From a virus, in the IMG/VR virus record IMGVR_UViG_3300005842_000485, positions 1 to 64,000 of that record: 64,000 bases of DNA, one strand, 5' to 3'. Below, piece by piece: positions 46,350-56,172 of this stretch. Position 1 is the stretch's first letter. Each line of letters opens with the position of its first letter. A program made the position numbers and the translations under genes. The notes beneath the pieces are model-generated. The model was given only the letters and a program-made list of their open reading frames with translations. It made no database searches and was not told where the DNA came from.

Positions 46350-49274
46350 TTAGGCGGGCATGCCGGATGCGACGCGGCGGTATTCGTGGTGGAGCTTCTC
46401 GGAAATCTTCGTGGCGAGGCGGTCGATGTCCGCATCGTTCCGGACATGCACGTCTCCGTGGACGTTCACGACCACGCCGCCGCCATTCATTCGGTGGCGC
46501 GGGTCGCTGCGGGGGATCACCTCTTCTCCGGGCGTGAGCATCGCGGGAACAGTGTCGCCCCATCCAGAGCCAGGAACGATGCCGCCGCTCGCGAACCGGG
46601 GTACGAGCTGCGCCCGTTCACCAATGTTCTTCTCGGCGACGCGGCGCGCAATGTATCCGGCAAGGCCACCCGTGAGCACGTTCGTTGCGGTGTCGAGACC
46701 GCTGCCGGCGACCGCGCCATCCTGGAGTGCCTTGATGGGATGGAGGAGCGGACTCGTAAGAATGGCATTCGTAAGCTGTACGACCGCGCCCATGAGTCCC
46801 GTCATTGATCCGGCGAGGCTCGTCCCGAGTTCGATCTCAAGGTTCTTTGTCGCGGCGGCAACCTTCTCCATGGCGCCGTAGACATCATTGTTCACGTCCG
46901 CAGCGCCCGTCGCGGCACCGGTCGCGGTCTTCAACGTGTCACGGATGCGTTCAAGGATGCCGAGGTTCTGGCCCTTGTCGCCGAGGAGCGCGACCATCAT
47001 TGCGCCGCCGCGCTTTCCGAGGAAGTCGTACGCGGCGCCTGCGCCCATGGCGGAGTTCTTCAGCTCGTCGATGAGTGCAGCTTCGTCTTTCAGCGGCTTC
47101 GTCATGCCGCCGATTTGCTCTTCTGCGCTGGCGATCGCGGGCTTCAGCTGCTCGTTCGCCTTCTTGAGATCATCGATCTTGCCGGTGTAGGTCTCCAGTG
47201 TCTTCTGGTTGCCCTTGATCTGCGCGTCGTAGGTATCGACCTGACCTTGTTCGGCATCGCGGGCGGTCTTCAGCGCGGCGAGTTTGGACGAGAGGTCGCC
47301 GTACTGATGGGCGACCGTGGGTAGCTCGGCCATGATCTTCCCGAAGGGCTGCTCCTCCGCGACGAGGCCCAACTGCTCCTTCAGTTCCTTGGCCCGCTCC
47401 TTGATCTGGAAGACTTGATTCCCGAACTGCACCGCCTTCTCCAACTGGAGCGCTTGCACCTCGTCCTGGAGCGACTTCAAGGTGTCGTCGCCCTGCTTCT
47501 TCGCGCCAAGCTGCCCGGTGACGCCCTGGATACCAGCGAGGATGTTTTGCGCAGTATCCGGGCCGAGCTTCCTTCCTGCGGCGATGTCCGCGGCGTTTGC
47601 TGCCTTCTGAATCGCGCGCTTCGCAGGATCGAATTGCAGAGAGTCGCGGAGATCGACTTGCTCTTTCTCGCGCGTCAGCCTGGCGATCTCCTTGTCCAGT
47701 TGATTCCCGCCGAAGAGATCAGCTGGCGAGAGGTTGACCTTGCGGAGTTGCAGTTCCTTGATCTGCTGCCCGATCTTGAAGGAGGTGTCGCTGAACGCCT
47801 CCTCGCCCTTCAACTCCTCGTTGCGAAGGTCGGCGAGTTCCTTCTCCAGGTCTTTCACGTGGCCCCGCGCCTTGGCTGCAGCATCGCCCATCTCCCCGTA
47901 CTGCCGGACGAGGCGTTCGCTCGCTGATTCGTGGTTGCCCATCTCGTCGGTCGTGCCGGCGAGCGCGGTCTTGAAGTCCTCGGTTTGCTGCGTCAGCCGG
48001 AGGTTCGCGAGTTCCTGCTTCTGCGCGGCAAGCTGCGCCTTCTCAATCTGGCTATCAAATGCCGACATGCCCGTGATCTGCGGGTCGCTGAGCTGCTCGA
48101 GTTGCGTCTTGGTCTTCGCAAGCTCGTCCGTTGTCGCCGTGATCGCCTGCTTCGTCGCATCGAGCTTCTCTTTCCAGCCGTCTTGCTCGTCGCTCAAGGC
48201 GGAGATGCGCGACTTGAGCGTATCGGCAAGTTCGCTGTAGGACGCGATGGCGACGTTGTTCTTGTCCTCGGCGTCTTGGAGCGCGAGAAGCTTGGTACGT
48301 GCGTCATCGAAGGCGGAGGCTTGCTGCTTTTGCTGCTCGAAGAGTCCCGCACGTGTCGGGCCGACACCACCTGCGGCGGTGAAGGCATGTTCGCGATCGA
48401 TGTCGCCTTGGAAGGAGGCGGGCGTGCGGTAGAAGTCCACCCCGGCGTCCCGCATCCCTTGGAGCTGCTTCGCGCTCGGCGCCTCGCCTGCGGAGAAGAA
48501 GAGCTTTTGGAACTGGGCCGCCTGTGCATCGGAGAATCCGAGCTGCTTCAGGCGCGTGGTGACCGCAAGGTATGACTCCAGCGAGACGCCCGCCGTTGCC
48601 GCAGCTGCACCGGCGGCGGTGATCTGCTGTTGGAAGCCCTCGGCGGTGGTGCCGGCGAGCTTGAACGCCTCGTACATGAGGTTCGCCACATGGCCGGTGT
48701 CCTCAAGGTTCAGGTTGAACTGGCGCAGCGTCACGGCGGTGGCGTCGGCCACGTCGCCGAGGTCTTGCATCGTGGCGGTCGCAGCATCCAAGACGGGCTG
48801 CAACTGCTCCTTCGTCATGGAGAACACGTCGAAGCCCGCATCGCGGAACTTCGTCAGGCCGCCGAGAACTTTGTCTTCCGAGAAGATCGTGCCCTGCGAG
48901 AGGCCGAGGACGAGTTGATGGATGCCTTCGGATGCCTGCTGGAAGGCGGCTCCGGTCTTCCCAGAGGAGACCGCGAGCTTGTCGAGCATCTGATCGAAGC
49001 CCGAGGCGGCCTTGAATGCATCGGTGATGAGACGGACGGCCGCGTAGACCGACAAGAACTGCGCCGCGACGGTGCGGAGTTGTCCACCGAGGTTGCCGAG
49101 CGCCGCGCCGTGATCGGTAGTCGCCTTCGACCAGTCTCGGAAGGCGGCGGCTGACTCTTTCGTGTTGACGTTCAGCGCGTCGATGTCGGTGCCGAGCGCT
49201 TTGACGTTGCCGGCACCCGCGACATTGGCCGAAATGTTGATCGACGCGGAGATCGCGTCGTTGAAGTCCGGCAC
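46350..49274 (-). CDS. Tape measure protein
   Basis: TP901-type N-terminal region, long coiled coil, FASGG.VPG..GDTVPAMLTPGE. Confidence 0.93.
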   Translation of the reverse strand: MPDFNDAISASINISANVAGAGNVKALGTDIDALNVNTKESAAAFRDWSKATTDHGAALGNLGGQLRTVAAQFLSVYAAVRLITDAFKAASGFDQMLDKLAVSSGKTGAAFQQASEGIHQLVLGLSQGTIFSEDKVLGGLTKFRDAGFDVFSMTKEQLQPVLDAATATMQDLGDVADATAVTLRQFNLNLEDTGHVANLMYEAFKLAGTTAEGFQQQITAAGAAAATAGVSLESYLAVTTRLKQLGFSDAQAAQFQKLFFSAGEAPSAKQLQGMRDAGVDFYRTPASFQGDIDREHAFTAAGGVGPTRAGLFEQQKQQASAFDDARTKLLALQDAEDKNNVAIASYSELADTLKSRISALSDEQDGWKEKLDATKQAITATTDELAKTKTQLEQLSDPQITGMSAFDSQIEKAQLAAQKQELANLRLTQQTEDFKTALAGTTDEMGNHESASERLVRQYGEMGDAAAKARGHVKDLEKELADLRNEELKGEEAFSDTSFKIGQQIKELQLRKVNLSPADLFGGNQLDKEIARLTREKEQVDLRDSLQFDPAKRAIQKAANAADIAAGRKLGPDTAQNILAGIQGVTGQLGAKKQGDDTLKSLQDEVQALQLEKAVQFGNQVFQIKERAKELKEQLGLVAEEQPFGKIMAELPTVAHQYGDLSSKLAALKTARDAEQGQVDTYDAQIKGNQKTLETYTGKIDDLKKANEQLKPAIASAEEQIGGMTKPLKDEAALIDELKNSAMGAGAAYDFLGKRGGAMMVALLGDKGQNLGILERIRDTLKTATGAATGAADVNNDVYGAMEKVAAATKNLEIELGTSLAGSMTGLMGAVVQLTNAILTSPLLHPIKALQDGAVAGSGLDTATNVLTGGLAGYIARRVAEKNIGERAQLVPRFASGGIVPGSGWGDTVPAMLTPGEEVIPRSDPRHRMNGGGVVVNVHGDVHVRNDADIDRLATKISEKLHHEYRRVASGMPA

Positions 49275-49790
49275 TTAGAGGGTCGGGAGGAAATAGCTCT
49301 TGGCGTGAAGCGCTTGCTGAACGCCGATGCGAAGGGCCTCGAGGACGCGTTCTTCACCGAGCTTCAGGACGGGAGCGACCGACTGCTCAAACCAGTGCTT
49401 CGCTTGGATGCGCGTCGTGCCGCGTTCCGTGAACCATCCGTAGTTCACTTTGGCGCGACGTACCTTGCGGCGGCTGAACAGTTGCTCTGCTTCAAAGGCG
49501 ACCTGCGCGCGCGCATTGCGGGGGTCGGCGGAGAACCGCGCGGAGAGGCCATCCGCGTTCGTGCTCGGGTCAACGCCGATGGATGATCGCAGTTGCCCGG
49601 TCGCGACGGGCGCTGCATGCCTGGCAGCGAGCACCGCGTCATCCGCTGCGTCATAGAGGGCGCGACGGACATTGAGACCGATGAAGGTAGAGGAGCCGAA
49701 GTCGAGCAGTTCACCGCCAAGAGCTTCCAACCCGGCCGCTGCTTCGGCGACCCCCTGGACGTTCACCGAGATGTAGTCGGTCGAGGGCAC
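49275..49790 (-). CDS. HK97 gp10-like tail completion protein
   Basis: APVATGQLRSSI, Y..F.E.GT..I.A..WF. Confidence 0.8.
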   Translation of the reverse strand: MPSTDYISVNVQGVAEAAAGLEALGGELLDFGSSTFIGLNVRRALYDAADDAVLAARHAAPVATGQLRSSIGVDPSTNADGLSARFSADPRNARAQVAFEAEQLFSRRKVRRAKVNYGWFTERGTTRIQAKHWFEQSVAPVLKLGEERVLEALRIGVQQALHAKSYFLPTL

Positions 49791-49800
49791 AAGGGAGGGA

Positions 49801-50348
49801 TTAGCGCTTCGCTCGGCGGGACTTCCGTTCGAGCGCTTCGAGCTCGGCTTCGGGGGATCGCGCTCTAGCCTTAGCTTGCGGCGTGTTCTCCGCCTCGGCA
49901 ATCAGGATGCGACGGAACATCTGCACCTTCTCGGCCGGGAGCTGGTAGATGCCCACGCCGAACTCGCGCACCATGCGGAGTTCGTCGATGGCCGGATGGC
50001 CGTGGCCGCGCCTTACCGCTTCTTCGAGGTCTCTCCTTTTGGGCTTTCTGGATCGTTCGCGGCATTCGCGGCGCTGTAGAGCGCGGCAACGGCTTCCTCA
50101 AGCCGCTTTCCGTCCTTCGGCGAGAGCTGTTTGATCGCGTCGAGGCTGATGCCCTTGGGGATCACGGAAAGCATGGCGTTCCTGCGCGCGGTGATGTAGC
50201 TGCCGTCGATCTTCCGCTCACTCGTCTCGGGGTCGAACTGGATCGCGGCGTTGCCGGCATCCTCAATCGCGAGCATGTCGCCGTAGGAGAGCGCGAGGGC
50301 AACATCCGTGTTGGCATCGTCGAGGTGGACGGTCGTAGGAGAGTCCAT
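49801..50348 (-). CDS. Tail assembly chaperone G (50013-50348) with -1 frameshift GT extension to 49801
   Basis: Slippery C CCA AAA at 50043-50037; the -1 frame is open for ~80 codons (..HPAIDELRMVREFGVGIYQLP..). Confidence 0.82.
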
Positions 50349-50418
50349 GCGGAGGAAGGGTTGGTGGTAGACCGAGGCCGGGCGCGGGGCGGCGCATCCG
50401 CCCCTGCACCCTCTCTTC

Positions 50419-51639
50419 TTAGTACGCCGAGGTGCCGTTTACAAGTACCACCTGGACATCGTAGCCGTCGCTTGTGGAGGTCGCGCAGACGGCGGTGATG
50501 GCCTCCTCGATGATGCCGTCGCTCCCAAGGTTCACATCGTAGGGATTGATCCGAGCCGCTGCGATCTTGTGCGTCACGGAGTCTTTTGTCGTTGCCGCGC
50601 CGGAGATCAGGTTGCCGCTGGTGGTGACGACGAAGGCGATGTCTTGCCGATCCCGCAGGTACGACAGGTACGTGAGGTCTTGGTGGTAGAACTTGGTGGT
50701 CATCGTGGCTCCGTAGCCCTTCACGAGGATCGTGGCCGGGAAGCGGGAGAAGTCACCGGTGCCATTCGGGGCGTAGCGCGCCTCCAAGTCCTGATTGAAG
50801 TCGATGGTGAAGTCCTCCAGCCGCTGTACCGCGCTGGCACCGGAGACCGTCGTGCCGATGGAAGTCGTCGTGCCGCCCATCCATTGCATGTACGGCGATG
50901 CCGAGGAGTACGACGGGGTGCTCTTCTTGATGACGACAAGATCACCTGCCGTATGCGTCACTCCGGTAATCGCGCTGCCGAGCGTGAGCGTTGTGCCGTT
51001 CGTATTCACGGCCGCAATCGTGTATTCGGCCTGGTTCGTTGAGTCCTTGAACGAGACGTAGATCGTATCCGAGGTGGTGAGGCCGTGGTTCGAGTCGAGG
51101 ACGAGCGTGGTGCCGGAGCTTGCGGTGGTCGCGACCTTCGCTTTCGTGAAGCTATAGCGCGCCATCACGCTGAAGTCGGTCATCCAGACGTTGCCCTTGA
51201 TATAGGGCTTGTAGTTGCCGAACTGACAGCCGACGTAGCGCTTCACGTACGTCGAATCGGTGTTCCCGATGTCGAGCGTGTAGGTCGGAATGCTGCCGGA
51301 CGCCGTGGATGCGAACGTATGCGTGTAGGCGGCGGTGTCGGTGGGGCCGCTCGTCGAAGGGGAACCGAAGCAACCAGAGAGGAAATGGCCGAGGATCGCC
51401 GGCTGCATCTGCATCGAAAGTTGGCCGGCGGGCGCGGCGTTCTTGCCCGGCACCATGAAGTAGTTCTTGGAGCGGGTATTGGCTGCCGGGCCGAGGACAT
51501 CGGACTCGTAGCCGGTCACGATGCTTTCAGCATCGAAGTAGCCGTAGTTCGTCGGCTTCACAGCCGTCCCTGCGGTCGTTTCCTTCACGACCGCGAGGTA
51601 GCCGCGCTTGCCGTAGGCGTAGAAAGGGGTGGTCGCCAC
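50419..51639 (-). CDS. Major tail tube protein
   Basis: KETT.GT, Y.HTF, YTL..G, Y.GC motifs, LVN...AY end; position. Confidence 0.85.
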   Translation of the reverse strand: MATTPFYAYGKRGYLAVVKETTAGTAVKPTNYGYFDAESIVTGYESDVLGPAANTRSKNYFMVPGKNAAPAGQLSMQMQPAILGHFLSGCFGSPSTSGPTDTAAYTHTFASTASGSIPTYTLDIGNTDSTYVKRYVGCQFGNYKPYIKGNVWMTDFSVMARYSFTKAKVATTASSGTTLVLDSNHGLTTSDTIYVSFKDSTNQAEYTIAAVNTNGTTLTLGSAITGVTHTAGDLVVIKKSTPSYSSASPYMQWMGGTTTSIGTTVSGASAVQRLEDFTIDFNQDLEARYAPNGTGDFSRFPATILVKGYGATMTTKFYHQDLTYLSYLRDRQDIAFVVTTSGNLISGAATTKDSVTHKIAAARINPYDVNLGSDGIIEEAITAVCATSTSDGYDVQVVLVNGTSAY

Positions 51640-51641
51640 GG

Positions 51642-51848
51642 TCAGTCGTCGTTAGAGGGCTTGGGGCGCGAAGGCTTGGCGGGTGCGTCCTCGGTCTTCG
51701 CTGCCGGGGCGTCGTTGCGGACGAAGTTCACGCCGTCGCAGAGATCGGCGGCCATCGCTTCGGAGACCTCGCGGGATTCGCCAGGCCCGACGAGGCCGAG
51801 ACCTTCGACGATGCGCCCGTCCGGGTTGGGATTCTTGATGAGGGGCAT
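51642..51848 (-). CDS. Small virion-operon protein
   Basis: PGESREVSE..A..L pattern. Confidence 0.65.
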   Translation of the reverse strand: MPLIKNPNPDGRIVEGLGLVGPGESREVSEAMAADLCDGVNFVRNDAPAAKTEDAPAKPSRPKPSNDD

Positions 51849-51868
51849 GGAACGGTGCGGGGAGGGGC

Positions 51869-52333
51869 TTAGGTGCGCTGGACGAGGTACTCGCCCTGAC
51901 AGTCGATGATCGCGATGCGGAGCGGCGGGCTGCTCTTCGTGTCGTACGTGAGCATGTAGGAGAGGATGCGGTTTACCACGCAGCCGCTCGACTGCTGGCC
52001 TAGACTGATGTTCGCGTCCTTCCGCAGCGCGGTCAACGCGGTGTCCACCATCGTCACGAAGGCCGTCTCATTGGCCTCGGTATCCGAGAACTTGTCGAAG
52101 ATAGTGACGCGCGACGTGACGAGCTGCCGGTTAAGGCCACCGGCGCCAACCACGGTCATCTGGTCGGTGGAGCGGTTGGTGGCCGGTTCGACCGTCCAGA
52201 AGGGCCACTTCAAGGCGAGGTTTCCGAAGTCGCGGTAGCCCCACTTGTAGCCCTGGGCGAAGGTGCCAGCCGTCGCCCCGGTGATCGAGTTCATGACGGT
52301 GTACAAGCCGTCTCTATGGAGCGACAGCGACAT
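51869..52333 (-). CDS. Tail terminator-like protein
   Basis: Position and size in the neck module. Confidence 0.65.
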   Translation of the reverse strand: MSLSLHRDGLYTVMNSITGATAGTFAQGYKWGYRDFGNLALKWPFWTVEPATNRSTDQMTVVGAGGLNRQLVTSRVTIFDKFSDTEANETAFVTMVDTALTALRKDANISLGQQSSGCVVNRILSYMLTYDTKSSPPLRIAIIDCQGEYLVQRT

Positions 52334-52719
52334 CAGGATGTGGTGTTGAGGTCAGCGACGGCGTGCTGGAGGAGGAGTTCGAGGTGCGTCGGCATATCGA
52401 CGACATCGACGACGGAGTACGTCACGCCAGCAGCAGTAACGAGGTCGCTCACCTGAATCTGCGTGGGGACGGTGAGGTGGTTCAGGATGCCGTGGTAGAA
52501 GTCCCGGAGCGGCGCGCCTTCGACGCTGGTATCGGCCATCCGCGCCTGCGTAATGAACATGGGGATCCCCGTAAGATGCGCCGCGGCTGGAGCCATTTGG
52601 CCGGTGGTGTTATTCCGGATGAGCCGTTGGATCGAAGCGGTGGTGCCGAAATCGGCGATCGCATCGAGATTCACGGCCTGCATCCAGGCTTTGTCCGCGC
52701 TCGTGAGCATGCCCGCCAT
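52333..52719 (-). CDS. Head closure/stopper-like protein
   Basis: D.V...GVTY.V..V pattern; TGATG coupling. Confidence 0.65.
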   Translation of the reverse strand: MAGMLTSADKAWMQAVNLDAIADFGTTASIQRLIRNNTTGQMAPAAAHLTGIPMFITQARMADTSVEGAPLRDFYHGILNHLTVPTQIQVSDLVTAAGVTYSVVDVVDMPTHLELLLQHAVADLNTTS

Positions 52720-53381
52720 CAGCCGCGCTGGAAGCTGAACGTACCGAAGGAGGATGCGTTGGTCGCAATCTCTTTGAGGCTCTCTTCGAAGCACTCCATC
52801 CGCTCTTCGGCAAGGGAAAGCCATCGCTTCGACTCACCACTCTTCGTGATGCTGACGGAGCCGCCGCCGAGCGAGTAGTCGAAGTAGGAGGCGGCGACGG
52901 TGGCGCGCTGCTCAAAGGAGCGCGCGGAGGAGTAGTCGAGGGCAATCTTGATCCATTCAGCAGGGAGGAGGGGGATCGTCCACGTTCCGCCGTAGCGGAT
53001 CGTCCATGTTCCGCTTGCGGTCGGCGCGCTAACGAGGGTGATCGTGCGGCCAAAGATGGTGAAGTGCGTATCGAGGTACAGGAACCCGCCAGCGGCGTCC
53101 TCGATGCGGTAGACGGGCGCGTTATAGAAGGGGGAGTAGTCAACAACCGTGCTCGGCTCCACGATGCTCGAGGTCGAAGTGATCCAGTCGGCGGGAACGG
53201 GATACGTACGCGTTCCGCTCGTCACGGAGAGGCTGGCCGATGTCGGCATCGGCGACGCACGGGATATGGATGCGAGCGCATCGTCCCGCCACGCGTTGTA
53301 GACAGCATCTGCGAAGACCGCGGGCGATCCAGCGTCGTTAGCGTCGATCCGCTGTCGGGCGAGGAAGTCGATGGTCGTCAC
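52719..53381 (-). CDS. Head-to-tail adaptor
   Basis: AR..ID..D, YSLG..S.TK motifs; position. Confidence 0.65.
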   Translation of the reverse strand: MTTIDFLARQRIDANDAGSPAVFADAVYNAWRDDALASISRASPMPTSASLSVTSGTRTYPVPADWITSTSSIVEPSTVVDYSPFYNAPVYRIEDAAGGFLYLDTHFTIFGRTITLVSAPTASGTWTIRYGGTWTIPLLPAEWIKIALDYSSARSFEQRATVAASYFDYSLGGGSVSITKSGESKRWLSLAEERMECFEESLKEIATNASSFGTFSFQRG

Positions 53382-53719
53382 GCAGCGTTCGCGAGGTAGT
53401 CAACACCTTCACCGTCTGCGCCTGCCTTGACAGAGATTTTCACGAGGTCATCGATGTCGAGCGACACCGCGTCCTTGGTGTAGAGCGGGAAGTATTCACT
53501 CCCCACAGGGCCGATCAAGACAGCGAGCGTGTTGCCGCTTTTGGCGCGGATGATGACGTTGCGGGCCTTCGTGCTTGTGGCGACGAGCGTTTCAGGTGTT
53601 GCGGCTGCGGCAACCGTCTTTGAACCCGCACGCAAGGTCGAGGTGAAGGAGCCGTCGTACTGGCGGCCGAGGACTTCTTGTTCCGTGGTGTCGTTCGGGT
53701 TCGTAAGGCTGTTCGCCAT
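53378..53719 (-). CDS. Small beta-rich virion protein
   Basis: VIIRA..GNT..V.IG..GEGV.Y. Confidence 0.7.
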   Translation of the reverse strand: MANSLTNPNDTTEQEVLGRQYDGSFTSTLRAGSKTVAAAATPETLVATSTKARNVIIRAKSGNTLAVLIGPVGSEYFPLYTKDAVSLDIDDLVKISVKAGADGEGVDYLANAA

Positions 53720-53777
53720 GCTGGGCTGGTGGGAGGATTCGTCTCGACGCTACGGCGCGGAGCGGAACGCGGTCAAT

Positions 53778-53811
53778 CGAAGAGGACGCCGTTCCAACGG
53801 CGTCCTCTTCG
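53778..53811. repeat. Perfect 16-bp inverted repeat
   Basis: CGAAGAGGACGCCGTT-cc-AACGGCGTCCTCTTCG. Confidence 0.8.
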
Positions 53812-53839
53812 CGTCGAGGTCGAGGTGAGTTTTTTGAAA

Positions 53840-54463
53840 CTACGGAGTGAAGAACTCCAAGGCGGTGCCGCCCGCGTTTACGCGAATCTGCTGAAGCGCC
53901 GAGCCGAGCGTGAGAAGCGGAGTCAATTCGGCAGGCATCCGAGCGTCGGGGACAGTGCCACTCGCGAGGTTGTCGGCGTTCGCGGCATCGGACGCGACTT
54001 CTTCAAGCGCGGCCTGTACCTGTGTCGCAGCGATTGTGCCAGCAGGAGTGAAGGCGATGGCCGACGCTGCGTGCGCCGCCGTAGCGTCTCCGGTGTGGTC
54101 GGTCACGAGCGCGGCTGCGTCCGTCGCGACCTCTTCGACGGCTGCCTGCACGGTCGAAGCGGCGATGGTTCCGGCGGGGGTGAATGCGACAGTCGCGGCA
54201 GTCTGCGCACCAAAAGCCAGCACTTCTTTCCAGTCGCCGTTCGTGGTCGGGCTGTTCGTGGCGAGGATGTAGGTCTTGCCGGTGTCGCTCTGGATGGCGA
54301 CATCACCCTTCTGGGCGCTGAGTGCGAGGCGCGCGGCCTGGTTCGCGACGACGGAGACATCAGTGATCGCGAGATCGACGTCATAGACAGCCACGGGCTG
54401 GCCGTTGGCGTCGGTCGTGATGTACTTGTTTGCGGCTTGGACCGGAGGAAGGTTGAGGGACAT
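53840..54463 (-). CDS. Head fibre/decoration protein
   Basis: ARLAL.AQ.GD.AI..D module; two AFTPAGTIAA..VQAA.EEVA repeats. Confidence 0.75.
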   Translation of the reverse strand: MSLNLPPVQAANKYITTDANGQPVAVYDVDLAITDVSVVANQAARLALSAQKGDVAIQSDTGKTYILATNSPTTNGDWKEVLAFGAQTAATVAFTPAGTIAASTVQAAVEEVATDAAALVTDHTGDATAAHAASAIAFTPAGTIAATQVQAALEEVASDAANADNLASGTVPDARMPAELTPLLTLGSALQQIRVNAGGTALEFFTP

Positions 54464-54535
54464 GGGGTGTGGAAGAAGATGGCTGTTGCCCGAACGCTAC
54501 GGCGCGTATTCGATGGCGGTCAACGAGGTTGCGAG

Positions 54536-54862
54536 CTATGCAAACGGAACGCGTTGTGCCGATGAGATTCCAAGCGCGTGGCGTTCGTCATACTGCCGGG
54601 AGAACGAGACCTTGGCCGACTCAACGAGCCAGCGCCAGTTGAGGCGGTGAAGCAGGAGAAGAAGCCAGTCTCCGGGGCCGCCCGCAAACTCGTCTAATTC
54701 GGAGATGGCCGCGAGCTTCAGCGGAAGATGGCCGGACAATTGGTACTTGATCCAGTAGGCGCGCTTTGATCGGTTGCGCGAGTCCGCGTCGGCTTCAAGA
54801 AAGAGGCGGTTGTCGATGCGGCGAAGGTACTCCGTGAATGTGCGGCTGTTGTGGTCGGGCAT
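54536..54862 (-). CDS. Hypothetical protein
   Basis: Operon ORF; LRRID..L. Confidence 0.6.
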   Translation of the reverse strand: MPDHNSRTFTEYLRRIDNRLFLEADADSRNRSKRAYWIKYQLSGHLPLKLAAISELDEFAGGPGDWLLLLLHRLNWRWLVESAKVSFSRQYDERHALGISSAQRVPFA

Positions 54863-54887
54863 TGCCGGAGACGGAAAGAGGAAGGAC

Positions 54888-55166
54888 TTAGCGGCCCTTC
54901 CTCTTCTTGGCGGGAGCGTCTTCGGACTGCGCCTCTTCGGACGCGGCAGCGGAAGGGGCAGACGGCGACTCTTCATCAGCCGTCTGTTCGGGGATGGCGA
55001 CGGCCACGGGCGATTCCGGATCATCTTTCCTCGGTGCGACGGGGGCCTCGGCGTCTTCGGAACGCGTTTCCACGACCGACCAGCCTACTTGCCCGATAAA
55101 TTGGGCGGCTTCCTCATCGGTGAACCACGATTCAACGCCACCTGGATTGCGGAGCTTCTTCAACAT
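54888..55166 (-). CDS. Acidic post-capsid protein
   Basis: LRNP.G N-terminus and KKRKGR end. Confidence 0.65.
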   Translation of the reverse strand: MLKKLRNPGGVESWFTDEEAAQFIGQVGWSVVETRSEDAEAPVAPRKDDPESPVAVAIPEQTADEESPSAPSAAASEEAQSEDAPAKKRKGR

Positions 55167-55193
55167 ACTAGGGGAGAGGTTATTGGGATGTGA

Positions 55194-55220
55194 CGGAGGA
55201 GAACGTAGCATTCTCCTCCG
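55194..55220 (-). terminator. Hairpin after the capsid gene
   Basis: CGGAGGAGAA...TTCTCCTCCG. Confidence 0.6.
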
Positions 55221-55241
55221 GTACACGCCAGGAACCTCTAT

Positions 55242-56153
55242 TTAGGCGCCGTACACATACAGACCGAGCGTCGGGCGCACGACCTTCACGCCGTAGAGGA
55301 CGTCGTAGGTCATGATCGTCGCGAGGTCCTTGTGGCTCCACGAAGCGGTGAAGCGGATGCCCATCTTCGTCTGCGGGTCGGAGGCCACCGCGCTCATGAC
55401 AGCGCCGGAAAACTCGTTGCTCGGGCTGTAGAGCGGCGCAGAGGCCAAGGCCAGCGCGTCGGGGTTGAACGCGAGGTTCTTGTCACCGGCGGGGCTACCA
55501 GTCCGCGAGATGTTCTGGTCCACGTAGATGTCGAAGCCGAAGAGCGAGGTGAGCTTCGCGTTCTGGACAGCCGAGGGCGAGCCCACCGTGTTCGCCTGGA
55601 CGAAGAGGCTCTGGCCGAGCAGGTCGCTCTGGCTCTGGGAGCCGATGACGAGGACATTGCCGGTCGGCGACTTCGCGTCGATGAGGCGCTTGTTCGCGAG
55701 CCGCAGCCCCGCGGGATCGATCGCGGTGCCCTGCGTGCCAACGGCGGTGCCGGTGAAGTTCGCGGCTTCGGCGATGAGATCGGCGTCGATCTGGTTCGCG
55801 AGCGACTTCATTGCGGCGTCCGTGAACGCCTGCATCTTGTCGTCGATCATCAGGGTCTTCGCGACATCCTCGGTGGCGACGGACGACTCGTAGTGCTTGT
55901 TCAGCACGACTTGGACGTTCGAGAACGTCGGCGTCTGAAGCGTGATCTCGGTCTGCACCGCCTTGGCGTTCGCCGCGATGGTGAGCGAGTTGAGGATGTT
56001 GACGGTGTTGCCCTTTTGTTTGAACTCGGAGTCCCAAGTGCGGGACACGATGCCCGGAAGGACAACGTTGTTTGAGAGGGCGACGAGGGCTTTGTTGGCC
56101 CAAATCTGCGGGATATTGGCCGCAGCAGTCGTCGCGGAAATGGTGTTCGCCAT
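55242..56153 (-). CDS. Major capsid protein (HK97 fold, P22-coat-like)
   Basis: IPQIWA, G.TV.I, LANQID.DL, FGF.I, AF...AL.LA, DVLYG..V.RP. Confidence 0.92.
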   Translation of the reverse strand: MANTISATTAAANIPQIWANKALVALSNNVVLPGIVSRTWDSEFKQKGNTVNILNSLTIAANAKAVQTEITLQTPTFSNVQVVLNKHYESSVATEDVAKTLMIDDKMQAFTDAAMKSLANQIDADLIAEAANFTGTAVGTQGTAIDPAGLRLANKRLIDAKSPTGNVLVIGSQSQSDLLGQSLFVQANTVGSPSAVQNAKLTSLFGFDIYVDQNISRTGSPAGDKNLAFNPDALALASAPLYSPSNEFSGAVMSAVASDPQTKMGIRFTASWSHKDLATIMTYDVLYGVKVVRPTLGLYVYGA

Positions 56154-56172
56154 GTGGGGCGTAGGGGGGTAA

